Shown here piece by piece: positions 32,339 through 42,198 of a stretch of 64,000 nucleotides of DNA. Position 1 is the stretch's first letter. The number at the start of each line of letters is the position of its first letter. This stretch comes from Pyrinomonadaceae bacterium. GTDB lineage: Bacteria > Acidobacteriota > Blastocatellia > Pyrinomonadales > Pyrinomonadaceae. The stretch spans positions 32,001-96,000 of the forward strand of contig JBKBYA010000007.1 of the NCBI GenBank assembly GCA_046313635.1. The letters are read 5' to 3'. The notes beneath the pieces were generated by a model. The model was not told the DNA's origin and did not search any database. It saw only the letters and a program-made list of their open reading frames with translations. A program made the translations under genes and the position numbers.

Positions 32339-33385
32339 CTAGACGACAAACATGCAGTCGCCGTAGCTGTAAAAGCGATAGCCGGCCTCAACTGCATGTC
32401 GGTAGGACCTCATTATAAGTTCGCGGCCCGCGAAAGTGGAAACCAATATCAGCAGCGAGCTCTCAGGCAGGTGAAAGTTGGTAAGCAGCGCATCGATCGC
32501 CCGAAACCTGTATCCCGGCGTGATCGTCAGATCGGTCTCGCCTCGCTCGGCCGCGAACCGGCCGTCGTGCTTTGCGATATTGCCCTCGAGAGCGCGCGTC
32601 GTCGTCGTGCCGATCGCGACTATGCGCCTTTTGTCCGATTTGGCGCGGTTGAGCACGTCGGCCGTCTCCGGCGAGATCGAGACTTCCTCGGCCATGACGC
32701 GGTGTCGAGACAGGTCCTCTGTTTCGCGGACGGGCTCGAATGTGCCGTAGCCGACGTGCAGCGTGACGCGCGCTATCGTCGCACCGGCGGCCTCGACCTC
32801 CGCGATCTTCTGCGGCGTGAAGTGCAGCCCCGCGGTCGGCGCCGCGATCGAGCCGCGATTGTGCGCGTAAACGGTCTGGTAGCGCTCGCGATCGGTGTCG
32901 GCCTGAGCGCGCGAGCGGCGAATGTACGGCGGCAGAGGCGTGCGGCCGACGCGGTCTATCGTCTCGTCGAAATCGCCCTCGCATTCGAAGCGGACGAGCA
33001 CCGTGCCGTCTTCAAACTTCTCCAGCACCTCGGCCGCGAGCTCGCCGCCGAAATCAACCCGCTTGCCCGGCCGCAAACGGCGCGCGGGCCGAGCGAGCGT
33101 CCGCCAGACGTATGGGTCGGCGTCTGACTCTCGTCGGACAAGAAATATCTCGACATTCGCTCCGGTCTCCGACTCGCCGAGCAGACGCGCCGGGAAGACG
33201 CGCGTGTCGTTGAGCACGACGACGTCGCCCTCGCGAATGTAGTTCGCGATATTCGCAAAACGCTCGTCGTGAAATCCGCCGGCCGCGCGGTTGACGACAA
33301 GCATCCGCGACGCTTCGCGATCGGCGAGCGGCTCCTGCGCGATGCTCTCCTCGGGCAGATCAAACCAATAGTCCTGAAGTCTCAT
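32339..33385 (-). CDS. queA: S-adenosylmethionine:tRNA ribosyltransferase-isomerase
   Basis: IAQEP, NDTRVFPARL, PLPPYI, YQTVYA, AAPTAGLHF, LHVGYGTF, TNFHLPES, YSYGD. Confidence 0.98.
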   Translation of the reverse strand: MRLQDYWFDLPEESIAQEPLADREASRMLVVNRAAGGFHDERFANIANYIREGDVVVLNDTRVFPARLLGESETGANVEIFLVRRESDADPYVWRTLARPARRLRPGKRVDFGGELAAEVLEKFEDGTVLVRFECEGDFDETIDRVGRTPLPPYIRRSRAQADTDRERYQTVYAHNRGSIAAPTAGLHFTPQKIAEVEAAGATIARVTLHVGYGTFEPVRETEDLSRHRVMAEEVSISPETADVLNRAKSDKRRIVAIGTTTTRALEGNIAKHDGRFAAERGETDLTITPGYRFRAIDALLTNFHLPESSLLILVSTFAGRELIMRSYRHAVEAGYRFYSYGDCMFVV

Positions 33386-33566
33386 CGATGTCGACCTCTA
33401 AATTCTAGCAACCGGCGCCGCCCGAAATATAATCTTAGCGAAGCCTGTGCGTCGTCCCACCGTCCGCGTCGGCCGTGTCAGAGCGCATCCGGTCAATTTC
33501 AAATGATCGTGCGGCGGAGCGAAGAGCGGTATCCAAATTGCAGCCGCCGCGTTATTGGAGGGAACG

Positions 33567-34604
33567 ATGAAATTCAAACTTATTGATGTGACGGCCGTCG
33601 TGGTCGTGATGGTTATCGCCAGCGTCCTCGGCGCCAGTGCCCAGGGCCGATACGCGAATATCTACTCGCGCGCGCAGGTGAACGGTTTTATCCGTCAGCT
33701 CGAGGAGAGCAGCGATCGGTTTCGGCAGGCCTTTGAACGCGAGGTCGACAACAGCGGGCTCAACGGCTCGACGAGGCGACAGTACAAGAGCTATGCGGCG
33801 CAGTTTGAGAATGCGGTCGATCGGCTGCGCGAGCGGTTTGACCGCGGCGAGTCGTGGTGGTCGAGCCGCGACGAGGTGCGCGATATGATCGCCAACTCGC
33901 AAGATCTCAATTCGACGATGAACAACGCCTCTTTCCGGCGCCGACTCGAGCGGCAGTGGAACCGCCTGCGTGACGACATCAACAAGCTCGCCGACACCTA
34001 CGATCTGCCCGGCCTTGCCGGCGGCGGATGGAACGGCGGCGGCGATTGGGACGGCGGCGGGCGCGGCGACGTGCCGTCATGGGCACGCGGCACCTTTTAC
34101 GGGCGCGACCCGCGATCGGGCGGCAGCATAACGCTGACGATCGAGCGCGACGGACGCGTGATGATCTCGATCGACGGCAACGCTCCGACATACGGCTCGA
34201 TGCAGGGCACGACCCTGCGTAACGGCCCGTACGTCTCGCGAGTGACGCGGCTCAATAACGGCATTCGCACGACCGACGTCGAGAACGGAAGCTACATCGA
34301 TTACTATCGCGGCTCGCAGGGCGGCGGAGGCTGGAACGGCGGGCAGGAGCAGGGCAACGTCCCGAGCTGGGCGGTCGGCAGCTTTTACGGCACCAATCCG
34401 CAGACCGGCGGCACCATCACGCTCACCATCGAGAGCAATGGACGCGTGACGATCATGATGGACCGCGGCGAAATAACCTACGCGACGATGAACGGCACCA
34501 CTCTTACCAACGGCCCGTATGTCTCGCGCGTCTCGCGCCGCAGCAACGGCATCCGCACGACCGACGTCAATAACGGAAGCTACATCGATTACTACAGACG
34601 TTAG
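33567..34604 (+). CDS. Secreted hypothetical protein: helical N-domain plus two ~80-aa tandem beta-rich repeats
   Basis: GGAGG RBS and signal peptide; repeats VPSWARGTFYG...NGSYIDYYR and VPSWAVGSFYG...NGSYIDYYR. Confidence 0.8.
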   Translation: MKFKLIDVTAVVVVMVIASVLGASAQGRYANIYSRAQVNGFIRQLEESSDRFRQAFEREVDNSGLNGSTRRQYKSYAAQFENAVDRLRERFDRGESWWSSRDEVRDMIANSQDLNSTMNNASFRRRLERQWNRLRDDINKLADTYDLPGLAGGGWNGGGDWDGGGRGDVPSWARGTFYGRDPRSGGSITLTIERDGRVMISIDGNAPTYGSMQGTTLRNGPYVSRVTRLNNGIRTTDVENGSYIDYYRGSQGGGGWNGGQEQGNVPSWAVGSFYGTNPQTGGTITLTIESNGRVTIMMDRGEITYATMNGTTLTNGPYVSRVSRRSNGIRTTDVNNGSYIDYYRR

Positions 34605-34624
34605 CGGCGTCTCGTATCAGCAGC

Positions 34625-34664
34625 AATGGCCGCCGAGCAATGCCGTTCGGCGGCCATTTTTTTT
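34625..34664 (+). terminator. Rho-independent terminator
   Basis: aatggccgccga ... tcggcggccatt followed by a T run. Confidence 0.75.
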
Positions 34665-34900
34665 GTCGCGCTGCCGGCCGCGCGCGAGTTCGTCAAAGCG
34701 ATGATCCGATCCTTCGCCGCATCACGCGTTAAGAGCGATAGGGCCGGCGAATTGGGGAACTCTCAACGAGCCCACCGCCCGTGCGAGGCTCGCGCCGCCC
34801 CGGAGGTCTCTGCTAGTCTCATCCAAGCCGGGCCCGAATACCGCGGTCATCGGCCGGTGGTCTGGCACCGATCGCGCAGCGATAGCGGAGGAGTCGAACG

Positions 34901-35758
34901 ATGCAAATTCAGTGGCACATTCCTGCAGGCGTCTCGCCGTATCTGTTTGCCCGCCGTTCGTCGGTGCGAGGTCTCGACGTCAGGCACTTCAGAGTGAGAT
35001 CGGGCGAGCTGGTCGATCAAACGAGGCTGACGCACGAGATCAACGTGACGATCGCCGGCCAGGTGCGGGCGGCACGGCAAACTCCGGCTTCGCGTGCGCC
35101 CGGAGCCGTGTGCGTGGTGCCCGCAGGCGAGCGGCTCCACGGCTGGTGGCGGGGCGAGCTCGAGTGCCTCGCGATCAGCGTCGACCCGGCCCTGGTCACC
35201 CGAGCCGCGCTCGAGATGGGAGCGTCTCCAAGTTTTGAATTGCGGCCCGTCGCTCAGATCAAAGATCCGCTCCTCGGGCCGCTCGGTCTCGCGATGCTCG
35301 ATGCCGCGCTTGCCGGCGGTCAGACCCAAAAGTTGTACGCCGAGGCCCTTGCCAACACGCTCATACTCCACCTGCTCCAAAACTACGGTACCGCCGGGAG
35401 GACTGTCGGTCGCTCCGGCGGCGGCCTCACGGGCTACCGGCTGCGACGCGCGATGGAGTACATAGACGCTCATCTCGACGACGACCTCACGCTGGCCGAT
35501 ATCGCGGCCGCCGCGGGCCTGAGCCAATTCCATTTCGCACGCGCCTTTCGGCGCTCGACCGGACTGACGCCGCAGCAGTACGTCACGCAGCGCAGGATCG
35601 AGCTCGCAAAGCGCTTGCTGCAGGATCGCGACATTCCGCTGGTCGAGGTCTCGCTGCAGGCTGGGTTCAAGAATCAGAGCCACTTTACGACGCTGTTCAA
35701 AAAGGCCACGTCGCTCACGCCCAAGGTCTGGCGCGATGCAAGGTCGAGCCAGGCGTAG
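34901..35758 (+). CDS. AraC-family transcriptional regulator
   Basis: LTLADIAAAAGLSQFHFARAFRRSTG..P.QY, AGFKNQSHFTTLFKK. Confidence 0.93.
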   Translation: MQIQWHIPAGVSPYLFARRSSVRGLDVRHFRVRSGELVDQTRLTHEINVTIAGQVRAARQTPASRAPGAVCVVPAGERLHGWWRGELECLAISVDPALVTRAALEMGASPSFELRPVAQIKDPLLGPLGLAMLDAALAGGQTQKLYAEALANTLILHLLQNYGTAGRTVGRSGGGLTGYRLRRAMEYIDAHLDDDLTLADIAAAAGLSQFHFARAFRRSTGLTPQQYVTQRRIELAKRLLQDRDIPLVEVSLQAGFKNQSHFTTLFKKATSLTPKVWRDARSSQA

Positions 35759-35911
35759 ATAGACGGCGCGGACGCGATCGGACCGGCAGGCTTTTGCAGG
35801 ATACAGCACGTCCAGAAAACGAACGGCAATCTCGCGAAAGACCGCTGCGGCCCGCCTTCGATAAACTCATCCGCCAGACCGGCAAACTGCCGGGCAAAAG
35901 GAGAAAAAGGG

Positions 35912-36595
35912 ATGAGAAAAGGTTTGTTGATCGCGGCGGTGCTGACGGCTCTCGCAACGGGCGTGCAGGCGCAGGAGACCGCATTATTTTTCGAACGCGG
36001 CGTGACGAAAGCGGCCGCGAGACAATTTGAGAAAGCACTTGTCGAATTTCAGAATGCCCTCTTCAAGTACGACGCGGCGGCGGACGGCAGCGGGCTCCTG
36101 CTTGCAAAGATCAATTACAACATCGGCGTCTGCCATTATCGTCTCGGCCGAGCGTCGCAGGCGGCGGACCACTTCTCGAGGGCGGTCGGCGGCGACCCTC
36201 GGTACGAGAAGGCTCACTATGCGCTCGGCATGGCCTACGCCGACCTCGGCAAGCTCGCCGAAGCGAAGAACGCTTTTCTCGCCGCACTCGCCATCGGCGG
36301 CGGACGGAGCGGCGAAACGTGGTTCGATCTCGGTCTCGTCGAGCTGCGGATGAGCGAGCCTCGAGCGGCTGCAGAGAGTTTTGCCAACGCCATCAGATAC
36401 GGGACGCGAAGTCCCGCCGAGGCGCGAAACAATATCGGCGTCGCGGCGGCGATGCGGTCAGATCATGTCGAGGCCGAGCTTCAGTTTCGCCTCGCGCTCG
36501 CAGAGTCGGGCGGCAAGCTCCTCGAGGCAAAGCGGAATCTGGAATTGATCCGTTCGACGGCAGCCGGCGACGGCCTGATCGCCGCACGCCGGTGA
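35912..36595 (+). CDS. Secreted TPR-repeat protein
   Basis: Signal peptide; YNIGVCHYRLG, HYALGMAYADLG, WFDLG, NNIGVA. Confidence 0.85.
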   Translation: MRKGLLIAAVLTALATGVQAQETALFFERGVTKAAARQFEKALVEFQNALFKYDAAADGSGLLLAKINYNIGVCHYRLGRASQAADHFSRAVGGDPRYEKAHYALGMAYADLGKLAEAKNAFLAALAIGGGRSGETWFDLGLVELRMSEPRAAAESFANAIRYGTRSPAEARNNIGVAAAMRSDHVEAELQFRLALAESGGKLLEAKRNLELIRSTAAGDGLIAARR

Positions 36596-36621
36596 CCCTT
36601 GGGCCGCCCACGCAAACTGTG

Positions 36622-37005
36622 ATGAACGATACTAAAACACTAAACAATGACGCCAAAGATGCCGGCAGCGACTGCGGCGGCGGACTCGCATGCGAGCCGT
36701 GGTCGATGGACGCGGCCGAGCGAGAGCGCTGGAGAGCCCTGCTCGACCAGGTGATCGCCTCGCGCCGTCAGGTGGTCGAGGTCGAGAGCGGTTACGCGTT
36801 TCGATTCGCGAGCGACGCGGCGACGATACGCGATATCGCCGAGTGGATCACATACGAGCGGCGATGCTGCCCCTTTCTCGAATTTGAATTGGCCGTCGAG
36901 AGTCACGGCGGGCCGCTTTGGCTCAAGCTCTCGGGACCGGACGGCGTAAAGGACCTCATTCGCGCGGAGTTTGCGATCGGCGGGTCTGAAAGGCACTCGG
37001 CATGA
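36622..37005 (+). CDS. Small conserved hypothetical protein with ERRCCPF motif
   Basis: LAC..., GYAFRF, ERRCCPFLEFEL, LSGPDGVKDLI; resembles C-terminal domains seen with MerR-type regulators. Confidence 0.7.
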   Translation: MNDTKTLNNDAKDAGSDCGGGLACEPWSMDAAERERWRALLDQVIASRRQVVEVESGYAFRFASDAATIRDIAEWITYERRCCPFLEFELAVESHGGPLWLKLSGPDGVKDLIRAEFAIGGSERHSA

Positions 37006-37025
37006 CGGATCGGGTCAAATGCACA

Positions 37026-37064
37026 AAAGAAGCGGCGCTTCCTTGGTCGACGCGCCGCTTCTTT
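37026..37064. terminator. Putative bidirectional terminator
   Basis: aaagaagcggcgc ... gcgccgcttcttt between convergent units. Confidence 0.65.
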
Positions 37065-37256
37065 GATAATCAAACCTCTCGGGTTTGTCCTATTGTTTGA
37101 TCGCCTCGGTTTTAGAATGTCTCATACTATCACCCCCAGTGCGGACTATGATGGCATGCTGCCGCGTCGATTTGCCAGCCTTTTTTTGCGCGGCGCGCGT
37201 TCGCGGTCGGTGCCCGGCTCAAGTCTTGGCGGTGCTGCGGGAGCGAAGAGGAAGGA

Positions 37257-37344
37257 TGGTGCCGGAGGTCGGACTCGAACCGACATGGGCGTAAAGCCCG
37301 CCAGATTTTGAGTCTGGTGCGTATACCAATTTCGCCACTCCGGC
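37257..37344 (-). tRNA. tRNA-Leu (anticodon CAA)
   Basis: GCCGGAG acceptor stem, D loop TTGGTA, CCAGA-CTCAAAA-TCTGG anticodon arm, long variable arm, GTTCGAGTC T loop, encoded CCA. Confidence 0.97.
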
Positions 37345-37406
37345 ACGGAAGTTCAAATGATAAGCGGCGGGCCGAGCGAGGTCAAGATGCTCGGTCTCGC
37401 GGCCGC

Positions 37407-40400
37407 TTACCGCGATGCGGCTGACTGCTCCGCGACGAAAGATCCCGGTACCGGGATGTCGCCGGTCGAGCCAAAGACGCGCGTGCGCGTCGACCCGTCG
37501 GAGCTCGGTATCCAAAACCACGTGCTCGTCGACGGCCTGTAGACCGCAATATCGTAGATGCCGTCGCCGTCAAAATCACCCTGCAGCGGCCGGTCGCCCG
37601 AGACGCCGAGCTGCGCGCCGCCAAATCCGAGCTTGCTGCGGAGCAGGTACCAAGTTCCGGTGGACGGGCGAAACACGGCGATGTCGGCGCGTCCGTCGCC
37701 GTCGTGATCGCCCGGCACCGGCTGGTCGCCTGAGATGCCGAATTGCCTGAACGTCACCGCCCGGTCCGACGAGCGCGATACGTACCAGACACCGCTCGAC
37801 GGACGATAGACGGCCGCGTCGGCCCGACCGTCGCCGTCAAAGTCGTCCGGCAGCGGGATGTCGCCGTCGAGTCCGAACCGACGGGTCTCGATAGACGCGT
37901 CCGAGCTTTTGAGCACGTACCAGGCGCCGTCCGACGGCCGCCAGACCGCTAAATCGGCGCGGCCGTCGCCGTCGTAGTCGGCCGGGACCGTCCTGTCTGT
38001 CGCGAGGCCGAACGCCGCCGCCGCCATCGTCGAGTCAGAGCTCCTGAGGATGTACCAGACGGATGTCGACGGGCGGAAGACCGCGATGTCCGTTCGCGCG
38101 TCGCCGTCGTAATCGGCCGCCGCGACGCGATCGCCGGCGCTTCCCCAGGCGACCGGTAGCACCGCACCGTCCGAACTTCTCTCGATCACAAAATCGGGCG
38201 CGTTCGGCGCATCGGTCGGGCGAAAGACAGACAGATCGGTCTTGCCGTCGCCGTCGAGGTCGAACTTGCGCCCGCCGCCTCGGACGCCCGGACACGAGCA
38301 CGAATATCCGTCCGCGACCGCGACGTCGTCCAGATACTGCCCCTCGCGAAACGTGCCGACGTCGGTACCGACCCGCCATCGGAGCTGCACATTCTGCCCG
38401 GCGGCCGACGCCGGCAGGCGAACGGCCGTGGTGATGAACTCCGAGGTCTCGTTGACGCCGCTGCGGCCCGACCAGCCGAGACGGCCGCCGAGCGGATTTG
38501 AGCAGCAGCTGTCGATCGTGCCGTCGTAGCCGCCCGATTCAAACGCTCCGCCCGCGGCGAGGATGTCCTGCCACTGCCCGCCGTCGCCGATCCTGATCTC
38601 GAGCACCGAGCCGTCGTAGAGCCGGTTGCGCAGGAATGTCGTTTCAAGCTCGTACCAGTTGCGGAATGTCAGCCGCGCGTTTGCGGTCGAGACGCGAAAG
38701 ATGGGCGTCGTGAGCTCGTTCAGCCCGACCTGATTGGGGTCGGGCGAGAAGATAGAATTCGGGGCCGAGTCGCGGCGGGCCGACGACACGCGCCACAGCT
38801 GCTGAGCGCCGGTCGCCGACGACGCCCAGCCCTCGGGCAGACGGCCGGCGGCAACGCGGTCAAACGACTCCCGCAGAGCGTATCTGACGGCGCCGCTCTC
38901 GAGCCGGATCTCGACGCGGCCGACGGGCTCGCCGTTATCGGTGAGCGTCAACCTTAACGTCACCGGATCGCCGCATCGGACGGTCGGTGAGACCGTAAAA
39001 CTGAAAGGCCGCGTCACCGCCGGGCCGCCGGCGGTAAGTGCGCCGTAATTCTGCGGCGGCCCGACCGCGATCACGCCGCCCGTACGTTCGAGCGTCGCGA
39101 CCAGTGATGTCGCCGCACCCGCGCCGGTGTTGCGGAGCGGTACGTTGACGGTCACGGTCTCGCCCGGCTCGGCGGTCTGGTCGATCGCGCAGCTCTCGGC
39201 CGAGAAAGTGACCGCCGCATTCTCGATCACGGGCACCGGCCGCAGGCGCAGCTCGATCGTCTGCTGCGGCCCGCCGTCGGCGACCGTCACGGCCGCCGAC
39301 GCCGATCCGTAGCCGCGTGCGCGTCCGACGATCGTATATTGACCAGGCGGGATGAGCATCGTCTCGGTCGGCTGCTGCGTTCGCGTATAACGCACAAAAG
39401 GCACCGACGCCAGATCGCCGCCGCGATACAGCTCGACCGGCGAATTGTCGATCGCCCGTCCGGTCGCGTCGTCGATCAGCGAGACAACGAGCCGTCCGCG
39501 CGGCGCGGGCGTGCACTCGCTGAATTTGAATCGCCCGATCCGCGTCAGCCACGTGTAGTCGCTAAAGTCCTCGCTCTCCTGCGTGTAGTACTCGCCCGTC
39601 AGCCAGAACGTGCAGTCGTCGGCCGGGTCGACCGACATCCCGCTGTAATCGCCCCAGCGCCAGCCGAAGCCCTTCTGGACGCCGCTGCCGGCGACGAGCT
39701 CGCCCTCGCTGCGAAGCATGCCCGGCGCGTCGCCGGCGAGCCGTCCCGTGTAGAGGATCGACGGCTCCTTTTCGTCGGTGACCATGTTGTACTGCACCGC
39801 GAGGTTGCCGTCGCGGTCCTGCGCCGCGCTTGCGACCCAGCGAGACGATGACGTATTGCCGATCGTCGAATGCTCGTGAACGGCGAATGACGCTCCCGTT
39901 CGCCGCAGCTCGTAGAGTCTGACGCCGGCGCGATACGGCTCGCCCGGCGGCGACGTGCGAACGGTCTGGTTAAAGACGAGGGCCTCCCAGGTGCCGAAGT
40001 TTCGATACGCGGCGCGATACATCAGCCGGTCGCTGCCCGAGTCGAGCGGGGCTCCCGGCGAAGGCTGCAGGATGTCTGTCCTGCCGGGCGGGCTCGTCGG
40101 GTCGAATGGAGCGACCGCAAGCGGGCTCTCGGGCCGCTCGGTCAAGGTCGAATTGGCCGGCGTCGCAAAATCGACGCTGAGATCGAACAGCCGTACGGCG
40201 TCGGCGGCGTCGCCGTATTCGTCGGCCGTGTAGCCGACAAACAGGCCCGGCGTCCCGGCACGCGGGGGCGTCATCCCGTCGAGGTCAGCCGGCAGCACAC
40301 CGCCGAGACGCTGCGGGTAACTCGACGGGATGCTGAAGTAAACGTAGCCCGCCGACGGGTCGCCGCGGAGCATCTTGCCGCGGTCAAAAGCAAAGAGGCC

Positions 40401-41222
40401 CGAGCTGACGTAGTCGGAGCCGAAGTACTCCTCGGTCGACATATAGTACGCGTCGCTCCAGACGCCGAACTTTGAAAAGTCGTTGAGCTTTACGTTCGGC
40501 ATCACGAACTCGTAGAGATAGTATTGCCCGGTCGGGTCGCCGGTCTTTGAGATCGCGATCAGCTGCCTGAAGGGCGGGAATGCGATGCAGTACTGGCTGA
40601 TCATCCAGCGGTCGGCAAGCGGATCGTACAGTACGATCGGCAGACCGTCGCTGCGCCGGGAGCAGGTCGTATTGAGCTGCGCAAAAAGATCGCTGATCTT
40701 GAACGCCGGCGTCACAGGCCGGCCGCTCTTGTCGTAAATGCGGAGCGCCGCGTTGACGGCCTGAACGTAGTGGCCGGGGCCGACGTCGCCGTTCATATCC
40801 GGCGGCAGGATGAGCAGATTGTAGAGATCGATGTTGTCGTAATTTGCAAGACCGTCGAATGAGAGCGAAGGCGCCGGCATCGGAACGGGCGTAAAAGCAG
40901 CGAGCGACCCGACTCCCTCTGCGCCGGGCCGCGGCGGCGCACCGCTGAATTCGCGTACAAGGTCGACACCCGCGCCGATCTCGAGCCGCCGCGACGGGAC
41001 AAATTTTTGGCCGCTCGTCTCGGGCGGCTTGAATGAACTCACGGGCGGCGACACGGCCGAGGCAGCCGCGCGGGCCGCCTCGGGTCTGAGCGTTGACAGG
41101 TCGAATTTTCGGGCGTGGGCCGTGCCCCGATCTGCGGCGTCGGCCGCGGCCCGCCCGTCATGAACGACAAGCGCCGCCGCCGTGACGGCCAGTGAGAGAC
41201 AAACTAGTGTGAACTTGCGCAT
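37407..41222 (-). CDS. Large secreted multidomain protein with C-terminal FG-GAP/VCBS repeats
   Basis: Signal peptide; PPDMNGDVGP, RWGDYS; Ig-like and jelly-roll-like middle; six D(Y/F)DGDG(R/K)xD.AV(F/W/Y)RP repeats. Confidence 0.85.
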   Translation of the reverse strand: MRKFTLVCLSLAVTAAALVVHDGRAAADAADRGTAHARKFDLSTLRPEAARAAASAVSPPVSSFKPPETSGQKFVPSRRLEIGAGVDLVREFSGAPPRPGAEGVGSLAAFTPVPMPAPSLSFDGLANYDNIDLYNLLILPPDMNGDVGPGHYVQAVNAALRIYDKSGRPVTPAFKISDLFAQLNTTCSRRSDGLPIVLYDPLADRWMISQYCIAFPPFRQLIAISKTGDPTGQYYLYEFVMPNVKLNDFSKFGVWSDAYYMSTEEYFGSDYVSSGLFAFDRGKMLRGDPSAGYVYFSIPSSYPQRLGGVLPADLDGMTPPRAGTPGLFVGYTADEYGDAADAVRLFDLSVDFATPANSTLTERPESPLAVAPFDPTSPPGRTDILQPSPGAPLDSGSDRLMYRAAYRNFGTWEALVFNQTVRTSPPGEPYRAGVRLYELRRTGASFAVHEHSTIGNTSSSRWVASAAQDRDGNLAVQYNMVTDEKEPSILYTGRLAGDAPGMLRSEGELVAGSGVQKGFGWRWGDYSGMSVDPADDCTFWLTGEYYTQESEDFSDYTWLTRIGRFKFSECTPAPRGRLVVSLIDDATGRAIDNSPVELYRGGDLASVPFVRYTRTQQPTETMLIPPGQYTIVGRARGYGSASAAVTVADGGPQQTIELRLRPVPVIENAAVTFSAESCAIDQTAEPGETVTVNVPLRNTGAGAATSLVATLERTGGVIAVGPPQNYGALTAGGPAVTRPFSFTVSPTVRCGDPVTLRLTLTDNGEPVGRVEIRLESGAVRYALRESFDRVAAGRLPEGWASSATGAQQLWRVSSARRDSAPNSIFSPDPNQVGLNELTTPIFRVSTANARLTFRNWYELETTFLRNRLYDGSVLEIRIGDGGQWQDILAAGGAFESGGYDGTIDSCCSNPLGGRLGWSGRSGVNETSEFITTAVRLPASAAGQNVQLRWRVGTDVGTFREGQYLDDVAVADGYSCSCPGVRGGGRKFDLDGDGKTDLSVFRPTDAPNAPDFVIERSSDGAVLPVAWGSAGDRVAAADYDGDARTDIAVFRPSTSVWYILRSSDSTMAAAAFGLATDRTVPADYDGDGRADLAVWRPSDGAWYVLKSSDASIETRRFGLDGDIPLPDDFDGDGRADAAVYRPSSGVWYVSRSSDRAVTFRQFGISGDQPVPGDHDGDGRADIAVFRPSTGTWYLLRSKLGFGGAQLGVSGDRPLQGDFDGDGIYDIAVYRPSTSTWFWIPSSDGSTRTRVFGSTGDIPVPGSFVAEQSAASR

Positions 41223-41307
41223 CGACCGCAGGCAAAAACTTCGGTTTCCGATCGACGACGATGATAGACCCGAATAAAGTCGGGAGACAACGTTTCGGCG
41301 GCGGCCG

Positions 41308-42030
41308 TCAGTTCTCGGTGAGGATGACGACCTCGGCCCGCCGTTTCGCTTCGTCGAGGAATGTCTCGATCTGTTCGGCGACGCGGTCCTCGGTGAGGCC
41401 GCGGCGAATGTCGGAGCGCTTTTCGCTTATCGACGGGACGACCACGCCCTGGAAACGGCGCCGAAATTCAGGCACGTATACCTCGCGGTAGTACTTTTCT
41501 TCGTCGGCCGGCGTGATGACGATAAAAGAGCGAAATCTGAAGTCGATATACTTCTCGATCGCGACTCGCTCGGCGACGATCCTCTCAAAATTGTCGTCCC
41601 TGACCGACGAAAACCCGACGCGCTTCAGCCGCCGCTCAAACTCGGCCGGCGATGCAAAGCGACGAACGATGTCGGCGATCTTGTCGGCGATCTCCTGATC
41701 GGTCGGCGCGGCCTGCGGCACGCGTTCGGCCTCGAGCGCAAAGAGCCGCTGGTTGATGAGCGTCTGCAGAGCACGATCGACGTCGTCCTGAGGCGGGTCG
41801 TCGACCGGAGCGCCGGGCTCGAGCGCGAGCTGCCAGAGGATGTCCGAATAAGTGATCACCTCGGTCCGCACGCCGTCCTGTACGGTCGCGACCGAGCGGT
41901 CGACCGTTGGGCCGCCGCGCTGCGCGGCCGCCTGGCGCGCGCCGCCAGCGAGACAGAGCACGGCGAGCAGCGCTGCCGCCCAAGCCCCGGCACGCCGAAT
42001 CGAACAAAGTGGATCGAATGGCCCTCGCAT
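41308..42030 (-). CDS. SurA N-terminal-like periplasmic chaperone homolog
   Basis: VDRSVATV..EVITYSD, ALQTLINQRL, FLDEAKRRAEV; start uncertain. Confidence 0.65.
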   Translation of the reverse strand: MRGPFDPLCSIRRAGAWAAALLAVLCLAGGARQAAAQRGGPTVDRSVATVQDGVRTEVITYSDILWQLALEPGAPVDDPPQDDVDRALQTLINQRLFALEAERVPQAAPTDQEIADKIADIVRRFASPAEFERRLKRVGFSSVRDDNFERIVAERVAIEKYIDFRFRSFIVITPADEEKYYREVYVPEFRRRFQGVVVPSISEKRSDIRRGLTEDRVAEQIETFLDEAKRRAEVVILTEN

Positions 42031-42198
42031 TTGGATATTCAGATTTTCCGTTCGGCGGCTCCGCAGTGTCAACATCTGGTCTTGAAAGGCAAAATTCTTG
42101 ACAAACCGATTTCGCGAAAACTAAAGTACTTATGAGCAGTCCTGCTCGCCCCCTTTTCCGATCGCCCACCCTTCACCGGACCTCTTCAGTAAATATCA

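Noticed and set aside
34800..34808. Possible att duplicate of tRNA-Leu(CAA) delimiting an islet at 34.8-37.3 kb
   Set aside because: Only 9 nt (ccggaggtc) match and no integrase is nearby.
35783..35797. Sigma54 promoter before the TPR gene (CGGCAGGCTTTTGCA)
   Set aside because: GG-to-GC spacing is 9 nt, not the required 10.
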